Shown here: positions 25,091 to 37,535 of the stretch, piece after piece | How the letters are laid out: each line of letters begins with the position of its first letter | Numbering within the stretch: the stretch's first letter is position 1 | From: Octopus sinensis | Taxonomy: Eukaryota | Assembly: GCF_006345805.1 (NCBI RefSeq) | Contig: NC_043000.1 | Span: forward strand, 139,562,001-139,626,000 | Reading direction: 5' to 3' | DNA length: 64,000 nt | The notes under the pieces: model-generated | Database searches by the model: none | What the model was told of the DNA's origin: nothing | What the model saw: the letters and a program-made list of their open reading frames with translations, nothing else | Program-made: the position numbers and the translations under genes

Positions 25091-26194
25091 AGCTAAGAGA
25101 TTATGTTCAATTATTATATTAATCAGTGAACTTCCTATTTATAATGAATTTATCATTTTCAGTATGTCTGTGTGTCTGTGTGTTAGAGCAGCACTCACAT
25201 AGTAATAGGAGGATTATTATCATCATCACCATCATTATCATCATTTTATATCTATGCTGAAATGTTATGGTCCAAGTCCCCTTTCATTGAAGCTTCTGCT
25301 CCAAGAGATGAGATGACGTTTCATTTGTCTTTGGTTCTACACCTGGCTGTCCTTCTTGAGGTCAGCTACTTCACTGAGTGTATTGAGTGCATTTTTTCGT
25401 GACACCAGCATTAGAGGGGTTGAATTGTCCTTGGTAAATCAGGCTGAGATTACTCTCATAACTATCTTGTTTCTCTGATCCTTTAGTCTACAATTTTACA
25501 AAGTGGACAGTGAGTAGCCAGGTGGAGTTCTTACATAGTAAACACAAACTTGAAGAGGTAGATTTGAGGATAGAAAGATTATAACTGGGAATTTGGGAGG
25601 TGGGGATAGGGTAATAAATGCAAGTAGAGAAAGAGAGTACTCAGTGAATTAGGGTGTGTACATTTGTAAAGAGGACTAAAGTGACTGACAATAAAGAGAA
25701 AGAGCAATGACATAAGAAGGACCAGAATGGGTCGGGAAAATGGAAGGCACAAAAGAGCTTGATGGGAAGAAGGCAGGGTTATGTAGATGAAGTTCGTGGA
25801 TATGAGAAGTGATTGGCAACAGCAGGTGGACAAAGGTAGAAGAAGGCATATTAAGGTGAGAGTAAGTAGAGGGGAGTGATTAACTATAGCAGGGTTGGGT
25901 GAAGGTAAAGGTGAGGGATAAGATAAATACAGGCTTATGTTAGGAGAGACAATAAAGGTGGTTCAGAAGAGAAAGCAAAAGAGAGAGAGAGAGAGAGAGT
26001 TGTGTATGGAGTGTATGAAACGAAGCCCAATGCTGACTCATACACACACATATATATATGCATACAGACACACACACACACACACACACATATATATGCA
26101 TGCATATATACATACATACATACATACATACATACATGACATGCATGCATACATGCATGCATACATACATACATACATTCATCATACATGTATA

Positions 26195-27845
26195 TGAGGG
26201 GGTACCCAAAAGAAAACAGAATTTTGCAATATTATCTTAATCACTTGGTTTTACATGTTCCATTTTTATCATCCTCAAAGTATTCTCCATTTGAAGTAGT
26301 GCATCAGTTCATACGTGTTTCCTACTGTTTGATGCAGTCCAAGAACTCTCGTGAAGTGATGCCTTTTAACACCACCATCGTTTTATTTTTTTTTTCTTCA
26401 CCTCTTCCACTTCTGCAAAACGTTTTATTTCAAGGACTTTTTGTCATTTGGGGGAGCAGAAAAAAGTCTCAGGGAGCAAGATTGGGTGAAGAGGTTAAGT
26501 GGGGTCATACAATTTTTGGCAAAAACTATCTCACATTCAAGGCAGTGTGCATAGATGCATTGTCGTGCTTAAACTACCACTCTCCACTTTGCTGCAGGTC
26601 GGAGTGTTGTTGTCTTACTGTACTCTTTACTCTTTTACTTGTTTCAGTCATTTGACAGCGGCCATGCTGGAGCACCACCTTTAGTCAAGCAAATCGACCC
26701 CGGGACTTATTCTTTGTAAGCCCAGTACTTATTCTATCGGTCTCTTTTGCCGAACCGCTAAGTGACGGGGACGTAAACACACCAGCATCGGTTGTCAAGC
26801 AATGCTAGGGGGACAAACACAGACACACAAACACACACACACACACATATACACATATATACATATATACGACAGGCTTCTTTCAGTTTCCGTCTACCAA
26901 ATCCACTCACAAGGCATTCATCGGCCCGGGGCTATAGCAGAAGACATTTGCCCAAGATGCCATGCAGTGGGACTGAACCCAGAACCATGTGGTTGGTTAG
27001 CAAGCTACTTACCACACAGCCACTCCTGTGTCTTCCAAATGCTTCAGAACTGCCAAGTAAAATGTCTGGTTGACAGTTTGACTTGGAGGAACAAATTCTG
27101 TGGACAATCCCTTTCCCATCGATCAAATGAATCAGTATTGTTTTGACATTGGCCTTCACTTGACATGCTTTTGGGTTACATTGAATGTTTCCTTTGATTT
27201 GATTGCTGCTTCATTTCTGGGTCGTAGCTGTAGCACCAGCTTTTATCATCTATTTATATATGGAAAAAGGTTTGGATCAACTCCCACCTGTCTTTTCACT
27301 TCACAACATGCATTCAGTTGTGACTGCTTTTGATCTTCTGTGAGCAAGGGAGACTCAAATTTTGCTGGAACTCTTTTCATTCGCAGTTTCTCACTCAAAA
27401 TTTCTTAGCAGGAGCTCCAGGATACCCCAGGGATATCAACAAGTTCATCATTTGTTCAGTGATGTTCTTCTAAGATCAGTTCATGAATTTTCATGATGTT
27501 TTCATTTGCTCAGGAGGTTGACGGTCACCCTGAAGGAGTTTGGTCTTCAAGTGACAAGTGACCATTCCCAAAGTGTAAATACCACTCGTAAACTTGGTTT
27601 TTGCTCATGGTAGTTGTTTGTAAGGTGTTTGAAGCATGACAACTCTTTTGACTGTTGTTTTCCCCAACAGATAACAGAGTTTCATGGAAGCATGCTGATC
27701 CTTCATTTTAATCATCTCAAAAATAGACGAATAGGGGAGAAGCACTGCAAAAGAAAGATGCACCACTTGACAGTACAACTTAACTCGATGCCACCAGTTG
27801 GCAGACTGATGCCTGAGGGTCTCATCAAGTGCTTCTAACAGCAAC

Positions 27846-27850
<5 letters not shown>
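26195..27850 (-). mobile_element. Near full-length mariner transposase fossil, split by a SINE
   Basis: Minus reading: MKDQHASMKLCYLLGK..., KRVPAKF..LLT, WCYSYDPE, HDNAS.HT, SPNLAP.DFF, GEYFEDD; terminus TA|TGAGGGGGTACCCAAAAG at 26195; other TIR missing. Confidence 0.9.
26622..27028 (-). mobile_element. SINE family A nested in mariner
   Basis: Full-length match; mariner reading resumes on both sides. Confidence 0.9.
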
Positions 27851-27879
<29 letters not shown>

Positions 27880-28574
27880 TACATATATATATGTATATAT
27901 ATATAATGTTAAGGAGAATTCAGACAGATTCAACAGTTTATATAAACATATCTTCTGCCATGGATCGATGTATATCAGTTTTTAAATTTACAAATGTTTC
28001 AGTCATTAAAATATCAAAACATTAAAAATCTATGAATACATAAATATATAAAAATTCGATATAGAAATATAAATAGACAAATGAGATAATTTATAAAAGT
28101 GTAGATGTATAAAGATATTTAGACTTACAATCATATTAAAAGGTGTTACAGAATGGTGTTGTAAAGCATATTTAAAAATAATATGCCCATATGAAAAGCT
28201 GAATAAAATAAAGTCTTATGAAAAGAGCGAAATCATAGCATTGAGATTAGATTTTTCAGAAAATATATGTAATTAATTCAAGGAAATAGGTAACCTTCTT
28301 TAGATAAACTGTCTGGGAATATTTATGCATTCATAGATTTTTAACAATTTAATGATTGATACATTTGTATATTTGAAAAACTGATATACAGCGATCCATG
28401 GTGTAAAATATAGTTATATAAATTGTTGAACCTATTTGAATTCTCCTTAACACTTTTTGTATCTTGCATCTCAGGCTTTTATCTGAGCACTTCAAACTAC
28501 TACCTATACAATACACAAAGAAATTTTACTTTATTATATATATATATATATATATAGTTGAAAATATGTTTGTG

Positions 28575-28765
28575 CGGGTGGCACGTAAAAAGCACCCACT
28601 ACACTCACGGAGTGGTAGGCGTTAGGAAGGGCATCCAGCTGTAGAAACACTGCCAGATCAGACTGGGCCTGATGCAGCCTTCTGGCTTCACAGACCCCAG
28701 TTGAACCGTCCAACCCATGCTAGCATGGAAAGCGGACGCTAAATGATGATGATGATGATGATGAT
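28575..28765 (+). mobile_element. RTE-type 3' tail (family B)
   Basis: Family match. Confidence 0.85.
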
Positions 28766-29059
28766 GTGTAAAAAATATAAAAAGTGGAAGAGAAATGCCT
28801 TCATTTTATATAGTTTATTATCTTTTTATTAATATATACATATAATATGGATGTCGTGAAATCCAACCTCTGCCTCAAAAACTTTTGTCCATAACTTATA
28901 TCAGCATGAAACACCTAAGATTTAAAGGTTATTTTTGTTTTTACATTGTCTTTCTCATGATAAAATATTGACCAGTAATATTTTCTGTATCACATATATA
29001 ATTCAAATAAAATCTGCAATAAGATCCTGCTTTCCCTTCTGGCGCAACACAACTGCTAG

Positions 29060-29300
29060 AATTTTGAATCCCATAGATAACATTACCCACAAAATCCACC
29101 CAAATTATTGAGAAAGAGTCACCCACTAAAACACTAGAACCTCTGACCCACAGCATGCTGTCTCCTTACACTGATTTCTTCAATGTTAATTACTATACAG
29201 GCCGTTGGTCCACAGAACTGATTAATTCCATATCACTGTCATAGGCCTACATAACACATATGATTCTACATATATTCTAAGCTCATTTCTATCTTTTATT
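29060..29300 (+). mobile_element. Very degenerate non-LTR RT C-terminal fragment
   Basis: KTLEPLTH...NYYTGRWSTEL resembles the LxPLxHRR...YYxGxCSxEL LINE motif. Confidence 0.3.
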
Positions 29301-29399
29301 CCTATCCTTTCTTCCCAGAATTTCCTCTCATTAAGACCCCTTACAAGCTATGATTTTCTTACAGTCAACAACTTACAGTTATTCAATAACATCATCTCG

Positions 29400-29752
29400 T
29401 TGCCAGAGTGGCTAACTGGCTTCCGTGCCGTTGGCATGTACGAGGCACCATTTGAGCATGATCGTTACCAGCATTGCCTTACTCGCACCTGTGCTGTTGG
29501 CATGTGGAAAAAAATTCGAGCGAGGTTGTTGCCAGTACCGCCTGACTGGCTCCCATGCCAGTGGCATGTAAAAGCAAGCACTACACTCTCAGAGTTGTTG
29601 GTGTTAGGAAGGGCATCCAGCTGTAGAAACTCTGCCAGATCAAGACTGGAGCCTGGTGCAGTCATCTGGTTTGCCAGCCCACAGTCAAACCATCCAACCC
29701 ATGCTAGTATGGAAAGTGGGCATTAAACGACGACGATGATGATGATGATGAT
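29400..29752 (+). mobile_element. RTE-type 3' tail (family B) with about 3 VNTR units
   Basis: Family match. Confidence 0.8.
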
Positions 29753-31135
29753 CTCATTTGTATCAGAGGGACTGTGGAAGCCCAGCGAATATCTTCATCT
29801 TTCAGAGCAAACCTCGTAAAAAAAAAAGAAAATCATTGTTCCTGGAGATAGATCTGATATCAGTTTTTCCTTACATAGAGCATTCAGTGATAGACCTATC
29901 ACACATCTATGAATTTGTATCACATCGTCTACAGTTAAGAGATTTTAGCTTGGTCGAGTGGAGCAAGAAAGTTTAATGAAGCTTGTTTCAGTTTAAATCC
30001 ATAACTCACAATTCTTTATTCTAACATCTTAACCACAAAGTCATTATACTTCTAAATACAGAATACACACACTAGGAGACAAAATTGATGGGTATCATAA
30101 AAATGTTTCATAAAAAATTGAGTAAAAAGATTCATTGTAATAAAATGGTGAAAAACTTTTTTTTTCAAAAATAAACATGACATAAAGAAAATAAAAACAA
30201 CCGGTATTTATTTTAAATCGAATTGAAATTAAATAAATGAAGAAACATAATCTAGCTAACTTTTAAAAGAAGCAGACAATAGTGCAATTTCAATAATGAA
30301 TAATTAATGGAACTAAATCTCAATAAGAAATGTTACTGATGAATTATAACAATTTATTGGTGTGTAACAAAAGCAATACTTCACCCCACCCCCCCACTAT
30401 TTGATTTAATTTTGGTGATATTTTTTTACATCATTTTTCTTTTCCTTTTTTACATAATTCAAAGTAACTTTATTTTTGGAAAAGGTTTGCAAAATAACTT
30501 GAATACTTGAAGCTAATTATTTTTTAAATGCTAGCGCTTGTTCTATGATTAAGCACTCCGTCATGTAATTCTAAACAATTTTGTAATTATTTAGCAGCTA
30601 AAGAGTGTTGTAGCTATTGTTGTTAACCCCAGGTTAATTATGATTGAGTGGACCAAGGATCAAAGGTGTTCCAACCATGACTACCTCCTCTGTTCAGCAT
30701 AATACAGAACTAAATTCTCTCATATATATGTCTATATGTAAAATTGTGATGTGAGGGAGATTTGGTTCCTATTCTTAGCAAGTTGAGAGACCATGTAAAG
30801 GCTCTCTTGTGTGCAATATACATTGGTGTGTTACCTTAAATTTGCTTAGAACACCTTTGTATAAATGACCAACAAATACTAGTTTAACTAGGCCAGAAGT
30901 TTTGTGTTTAAAAAGAACTTTGGGCAGAATCAGATTGTCAGATTGTGTGACAAGGCTGTATACAACCTGATAGGCTTCTATAAAATTTCTCCCTACTCAC
31001 TTACTTTCATTCATAAGTTTTGGGTTGACCAGAGGCTATAGAAAATATTTACCCAAGATACCATGCAATGGAGTGAAACCAAGGACCCCATGGTTGCAAA
31101 GCAAACTTCTTAAACATGTGACTATTCTGTGACTG

Positions 31136-31430
31136 TAGGTGCACGGCTCACTGATTAGAGCTCTGGGCTCACAATCATAAGGTGATAAGTTCGATTCCTG
31201 GACCGGGATGTGTATTATGTTCTTGAGCAAGACACTTTATTTCATGTTGCTCCAGTTCATTCAGCTGTAGAAATGAGTTGCGACGTCACAGGTGCCAAGT
31301 TGCATTGATCTTTGCCTTTCCCTAGAACATCGGTGGCATGGAGAGAGGAGGCTGGTTGGTTCATGGGCGACTGCTGGTCTTTCATAAACAAACTTGACTG
31401 GACTTATGCCTTGGAGGGTAACTTTCTAGG
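31136..31430 (+). mobile_element. tRNA-derived SINE family E
   Basis: tRNA-like head with gttcgattcc B-box and ttcttgagcaagacacttt core-like block. Confidence 0.65.
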
Positions 31431-32550
31431 TGCGATTCCATGGTCATTCAAAGGGGTATTTATTTTGTCACTAGTTACAAGGTAAACTAAGCTATTATGA
31501 GAATCAGTGCTGCCTTGAAGCATGGATATTCTAGCCAGTTGTCCAGAAGCCCTGCAAGGCAACAAGCCCTTTTCTGATCTATGTATGCTGTGGTTTGCTT
31601 TCAATAAATAAGTACTATAAGGCCCCAAACATTGATTTGCCTGGTGGCCTATAATGCTACTAAGATAGCCATGGTGAGACTATAAGAATACAAAGTTACA
31701 CAATGCAATCATGTCTAAAATAAGCATTAAGTCAGGAATTTGGAAGAGAGAATAGTTGATTAAACTGATTTCAATACTTGTGTGATGCTTTGGTTTATTG
31801 ACCCACCACCACCAGGAGAATGAAAAACAAAGCTACCCTAAGCAGGATTTGAACTTAAAAAGTATAGATCCAAAACAAAATAATACAACGCATTTTGTTT
31901 GCTGCTTTAACAATTCTGTTAATCCACTTCCCTACAACAGGCAAGCAGTGCCAGTAGTATGGTAAGAACCACTGATTTTTTTTTATCTCTACCACCAAAC
32001 AAACCACTTGAGTAGCTGCAAGTCTGTAAGCATTCTGTATTTGATTTCCATTCAAGTAGCACTTTCGCCAAATGTTTGTAGTTTTGCAAGATAATTATGG
32101 GATCTTTCAGTTAGAACCTATCAGATATTCAAAGCTTATTACAAGTTATTTACATATTTATAAGCAATTATATTAAAATAAATGGCAAACCATTGTAATA
32201 ACATTTTACAAAATAGTATGTAAATGAAAATATAGAAAGAAAAGTCACAAATTAGGAAGGAAGAGACGAGTTGTCACACGCATTAAGAAAGATACGCAAG
32301 TGTCGACATACAAATAGAAAAATAAATATATATATATGAGAACAAGAAATAAGATAATCTAATTTACGTGTGTATACATACATATATATGTTGGGTGTCT
32401 GTATGGCTGGGTGTACGTGAGCACATATGAGGTGTATGAGTAGGCATGTAAATGTATGTATGTAATTATATATGAGTGCCTGTTGTGTACATGCATATAT
32501 ATTTGTATTCAAAATGTTAAAATCTCTTTGTGTATTTGTATATATATTTG

Positions 32551-32607
<57 letters not shown>

Positions 32608-33424
32608 ATATACATATATATATATATACATATATACATATATACATACATATATATATAATATATATATATATACATACATATATATATATACATATAT
32701 ACATATATACATATATACATATATACATATATACATATATACATACATATATACACACATATATATATATATATATACATATATACACATATATATATGC
32801 ATATATAAATATCTATCTATCTATCTATCTATCTATCTCTCTCTCTCTATATATATATATAGGTATGTATGTATCCATGTTTATATATATATATTGATAC
32901 AGCTGCACATATTATATATTTATAAATGTATATTATATGTGTATATTTAATGAATTTATTACATAGAATGTAATGGATGTAGTGAATGAGTAATGTGTTA
33001 AAGCATTTTGCTTAACACTCTGTGTTATAGGTTTAAACTTCACCAAGGATGGCTTTGCATTTCAACCTTCATAAACCTATAAAACAAATGCTATACAAGT
33101 TGAGGGTACAATTTCATTACACCATTCCTAAACCTCCTAAATCTTGTGGAAATTTAAAGTATTGATATTACAGTTATAAGAGGTGGTGAGATGGCAGAAT
33201 CATTAAGTGGGTTGGACAAAATCCATAACAAGATTTCTACCCACTCCATACACTCTGAGTTCAAATCCCACTTAGGTTGATTCTACAATCTATTCTTTCA
33301 GGGTCAAAAGGATAAACTACAAGTTAAGTACTAGGATCAATGCAGTTCACTAAACTGCTCCCTGTAGTACTGCTGGCTTTGTGCCAAAATTTGACACCAT
33401 TAGAGGCAGTGAGCTTCCAGAATC

Positions 33425-33733
33425 ATTAGTTTGTTGTTTGTTCCTTCTCGAGCCATGCCTGGCTCATAAGGGCCGGTTTCCTGGTTTCCTTGGCGTATAG
33501 CTTCCCCACCTGAATGGGACGCCGGTCCATCACAGGTGAGCTGCAAGATGCAGGAGGAAAGAGTGAGAGAAAGTTGTGGCGAAAGAGTCAGCAGAAGTTT
33601 GCCATTACCTTCTGCCAGATCCATGAGGAGCTTAGGTGTTTCACTCATAAACATACATATCGCCCAGTCTGAGATTCAAACCCATGATCCCTCGACTGCG
33701 AGGCTGCTGCTCTAACCACTAGGCCATGTGCTT
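33425..33733 (-). mobile_element. SINE family D
   Basis: Minus head gaagcacatggcctagtggttagagc, gtgatggaccggcgtccc motif, (AAC)n tail. Confidence 0.8.
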
Positions 33734-33984
33734 CTACGAGAACCATTAGAACATCAGAAGAAATGCTTTGTGGTATTTCTTCCAGCACTTTACATTCTGA
33801 GTAAAAGCTCTGGTGAAGTCAAATTTGTCTTTCATCCATTTTGGTCAATTAAAAAACGTTTCTGTTTTGTAATGAGGTGGGTCTTACCTGCTAACCCCTT
33901 GCCATCCTTGTACCAGAATCAAAAAGTCATTATTATTAAGGTGTCAAGCTGGCACAATCATTAGTCCATCGGATAAAATGTTTA

Positions 33985-34268
33985 TCTTTTACTTGTTTCA
34001 ATCATTATGCTGCACCCATGTTGGGACACTACCTTGAATTTGTCAAGCAGTGGTAGGGTCAAACACAGATACAAAGACATGCACACATAGATATAACACA
34101 CGCACACACAACACCATTCTTTTAGTTTCTGTCTAACAAATCCACTCACAAGGCTTTGGTTGGCCCAAGGCTATAATAGAAAACACTTGCCCAAGGTACT
34201 ACACTGTGGGAATGAACCCAGAATCATGTGGTTGGGAAGCAAGCTTCTTACCTCACAGCCATGCCTGT
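33985..34268 (-). mobile_element. Degenerate SINE family A
   Basis: Head and tail remnants with internal deletions. Confidence 0.7.
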
Positions 34269-34629
34269 GCCTATTTAGAAATATTCCTTCTGATTCTTTA
34301 TTAGTGAGTTCAAATCCTGCTGCAGTCAACTTTGCTTTACATTCCTTGAGGGTCAAGAAAAGAAGGTACAGTAAAGTACTGTAATTAAAGTTATAAATTT
34401 TACAAATTGCAGGCCCCTTCCATAAATTTAAAGCCATTAAACGTGACTAGGTAGCAAAATAGTTACAGTGACAGGTAAAACACTTTGTGGTATTTCTTCA
34501 ATTTTTCATTTTCTGAGTTCAGATCCTGTAGGAAATAACTTTGACTTTCTGCCCTCCAAGGTCAATAAAATAAAGTACCATGAAGTACTGACATAGATGG
34601 CATGAAGTAAGCATCCCCACTTCAAAACT

Positions 34630-34693
34630 CCTCACCTTGTGCCTAAATCAGCAACAACTGCTGCTGCTACTACTACTACTACTACTACTGCTG

Positions 34694-34726
<33 letters not shown>

Positions 34727-34745
34727 TTGCTGTTGTTGTTGTTAA
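34630..34745. repeat. Mixed CTG/CTA/GTT trinucleotide array
   Basis: Direct inspection. Confidence 0.9.
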
Positions 34746-35398
34746 GCAGCAAGACGAGTAAAGGTGATTAAGTGATGGTCTAGGGCTTAGGAGCGGGAGA
34801 CCCCAGACCTTGGAAAAAAAAAAGATAGACTTTGGTTGTATTGTAGTCGAGAGCTAATCGTTGATGTTCGACACCACTGGGAGGTGGCCCCTCGAAGTCA
34901 CTGGAAATGGAGATCTCCAGGTCCAAATTCTTCGACGGCTGCTGCTGCTGCTGCTGCCACTGCTGCTACTGACACTGCTGCAGTTGTTGCTTCTACTGAT
35001 GCCACCACCACCACCACCGCCACAGCAGCTAGTTTCTGTTACATTGAAATGATGTAATTGGTTTAATTATACTGTGTCAGATGATGGCCCTCAGTCCATG
35101 AAGTGAAGTATTTTTGTTCATTTTGCCATTAAGGTTCAGTCTGATGTTGGTAAATAACAATGGTTTCAGTTCTTGTTTTCTTCAAAATATATTCGGTTTC
35201 AATGTAATTCTGTAATCCATAACAATTAGCACTCAACATTCATGTATTTGCTAATGAAACACTTGCAAGATTATGGGATTAATAATTTCATAATAAAAAC
35301 AAACAAACTATTTATCTTGATTTATTCTACTCTCAGGTATATATGCATGTATATCTATATATATATATATATATATATGTGTGTATATGTATGTATAC

Positions 35399-35520
35399 AG
35401 AATTAAGAGACAGAACCTCCATCAAAGTAATTCAATTAATAATTTTAAAATATTTTATTATAGATAATATCTTTCACCGTCAATTGAATTACTTTGACGG
35501 AGGTTCTGTCTCTTAATTCT
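35399..35520. mobile_element. MITE with about 40-bp terminal inverted repeats
   Basis: agaattaagagacagaacctccatcaaagtaattcaatt ... aattgaattactttgacggaggttctgtctcttaattct. Confidence 0.75.
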
Positions 35521-35671
35521 ATATAATATTTCGGGAAATTCGATTAAATATTACTAAATTGAGTTTGTTTTCCCATGTTACCTTGGAATTTTATATTCCC
35601 TACTATTAATAATTATATATACATACACACACATATATTTATAAAATATTTATATAATATATAATATATAT

Positions 35672-35714
<43 letters not shown>

Positions 35715-35717
<3 letters not shown>

Positions 35718-36170
35718 CCATGCTACATGGCAGTGAAACATGGGCCATGACTGCTGAGGACATGCGTAAGCTTGCAAGGAATGAAGCCAGCATGCTCTGC
35801 TGGATGTGTAATGTCAGTGTGCATACACAACAGAGTGTAAGTACCCTGAGAGAAAAGTTGGATTTAAGAAGCATCAGATGTGGTGTGCAAGAGAGATGAC
35901 TATGCTGGTATGGTCATGTGTTGTGAATGAACAAGGACAGCTGTGTGAAAAAGTGTCACACCATAGCAGTTGAGGGAACTTGTGGAATAGGTAGACCCAA
36001 GAAAACCTTGGATGAGGTGGTGAATATTAGGCCTTACCGAGGCAATGACTAGTGACCGGAACCTTTGGAGATATGCTGTGCTTGAGAAGACCTGACAAGC
36101 CAAGTGAGACCATAGCCCATAGCCTATGCTAGTGGGTGTAACCAGCCCATTTATGAATACCCTCGTTCAT
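35715..36170 (+). mobile_element. RTE LINE RT C-terminal fragment
   Basis: AMLHGSETWAMT...RNEASML...WYGHV...GRPKKT reading with premature stops. Confidence 0.9.
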
Positions 36171-36285
36171 TGGGAGTTGATAAATGAAGTACCAGTGGAA
36201 AACTGGGGTCAATGTAATCGATTATTCCCTCCCCCAAATTTCAGGCCCTGTGCCTATAGTAGAAAGGATTATTATTATTATTGCT

Positions 36286-36958
36286 CTTTTTCTGTCAGCC
36301 AAGTGTGTAGTTATGATTGCACTACCACCCTCCTTTAATTAGGCCGGCAAGGCAGTTTTTCTTTGCCTGGTGGCTGTGGCAAAGGAAGTTGTTTGATGGA
36401 CAAGGCTGAAAGGTATGAGGACAGATACATTCCTCTTTGGTAGAGCTCTCACTGACCTTTTCAAGTTTCACTTGAAAAGGAGATTGAGAGTGGAGAGGGA
36501 AGTGCTGTCCTCGAGTGAACTTATTGAAAGGTGGATGAAAGTTGCAAAAAGGGCAAGAGTGGATGGTACCCCTCTAAGAGTAGACCTGTGAGTCAGAGAG
36601 AAGGAAATGGAGAGGGCACTTGCTCATAGGGCTTCAGGGAAATCTCGAATGGTGGGGTTCCTCAGTTATCCCTAGAGGGGTTCCTCAGTTATCCCTAGAG
36701 GGGTTCCTCAGTTATCCCTAGAGGGGTTCCTGTATCAGGGGGTCCACATCTCTATCATCCTCCCTACCCCCACTTTTTTTTCCTTTGCACCTCTGTATGC
36801 TCTGCATATATCTCCTCCTTCCCAGTGTATACTTGTATTCTTTTTTTAATCATTTCATTATTGTATGTAAACCCTCGAACTTTATGTCTGTTTCTGTATT
36901 GTCCCCCTCATCTTTCACCCTCGCCGTAAATAAATGAAATCAATATTATTATTATTTA
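36286..36958 (+). mobile_element. 5'-truncated L1/Tx1-clade LINE (ORF2 C-terminus, 3'UTR, AATAAA, (ATT)n tail)
   Basis: Frame ...KAVFLCLVAVAKEVV*WTRLKG...FKFHLKRRLRVEREVLSSSELIERW...DL* (stop 36589-36591); ends gtAAATAAAtgaaatcaatattattattattta. Confidence 0.75.
36654..36731 (+). repeat. 23-bp minisatellite, 3 exact copies plus partial
   Basis: (ggggttcctcagttatccctaga)x3 ggggttcct. Confidence 0.95.
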
Positions 36959-36961
36959 GTT

Positions 36962-37281
36962 AAGATACCTGTGCCGGTGTCATGTAAAATGCACCATCTG
37001 AACATGGCAGATGCCAGCGCCGCCTGACTGGCGTCCGTGTCAGTAACACGTAAAAGCACCAAGCAATTGTGGCTGTTTGCCAGCCTCCTCTGGCCCCCTG
37101 TGCTGGTGGTACATAAAAAACACCCACTATACTCATGGAGTGGTTGGCATTAGGAAGGGCATCCAGCTGTAGCAGCACTGCCAGATCAGACTGGAGCGTG
37201 GTGCAGCCTCCTGGCTTCCCAGACCCCAGTCGAACCGTCCAACCCATGCTAGCATGGAAAGCGGACGTTAAACGATGATTA

Positions 37282-37318
<37 letters not shown>
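36962..37318 (+). mobile_element. RTE-type 3' tail (family B) with 2 VNTR units
   Basis: Family match; (GAT) tail turns into (ATT)n. Confidence 0.85.
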
Positions 37319-37319
<1 letters not shown>

Positions 37320-37321
<2 letters not shown>

Positions 37322-37535
37322 AGGCAGCGAGCTGACAGAATCATGAGCAAGCTGGACAAAATACTAAGTGGTATTTCATCTGCCGCTATGTTTTGAGTTC
37401 AAATTCCTCCAAAGTTGACTTTGCCTTTCATCCTCGATAAATTTAAGTACCAGCCAAATACTGGGGGCGATGTGATCGACTTATCTCCCCTGAAAGTTGC
37501 TGGCCTTGTGCTAAAATTTGTCAACATTATTATTG
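37320..37535 (+). mobile_element. SINE family C
   Basis: ggcagcgagctgacagaa head and family body. Confidence 0.8.

Noticed and set aside
26188-26655. 155-aa plus-strand ORF
   Set aside because: Antisense to the decayed mariner transposase.
26792-27146. Recurrent MSSNARGTNTD.../MLGGQTQTHK... ORFs looking like a paralogous gene family
   Set aside because: Antisense read-through of SINE family A; broken at different points in each copy.
28941-29156. Protein-like minus-strand ORF
   Set aside because: No splice or homology support; the opposite strand better fits a decayed LINE.
32456-32950. Long ORFs rich in Y/I/H/T/C/V (also near 12.1, 14.0, 20.3, 20.9, 26.0, 52.1, 52.7-53.3, 63.0 kb)
   Set aside because: Translations of (TA)n/(CA)n microsatellites, which lack stop codons.
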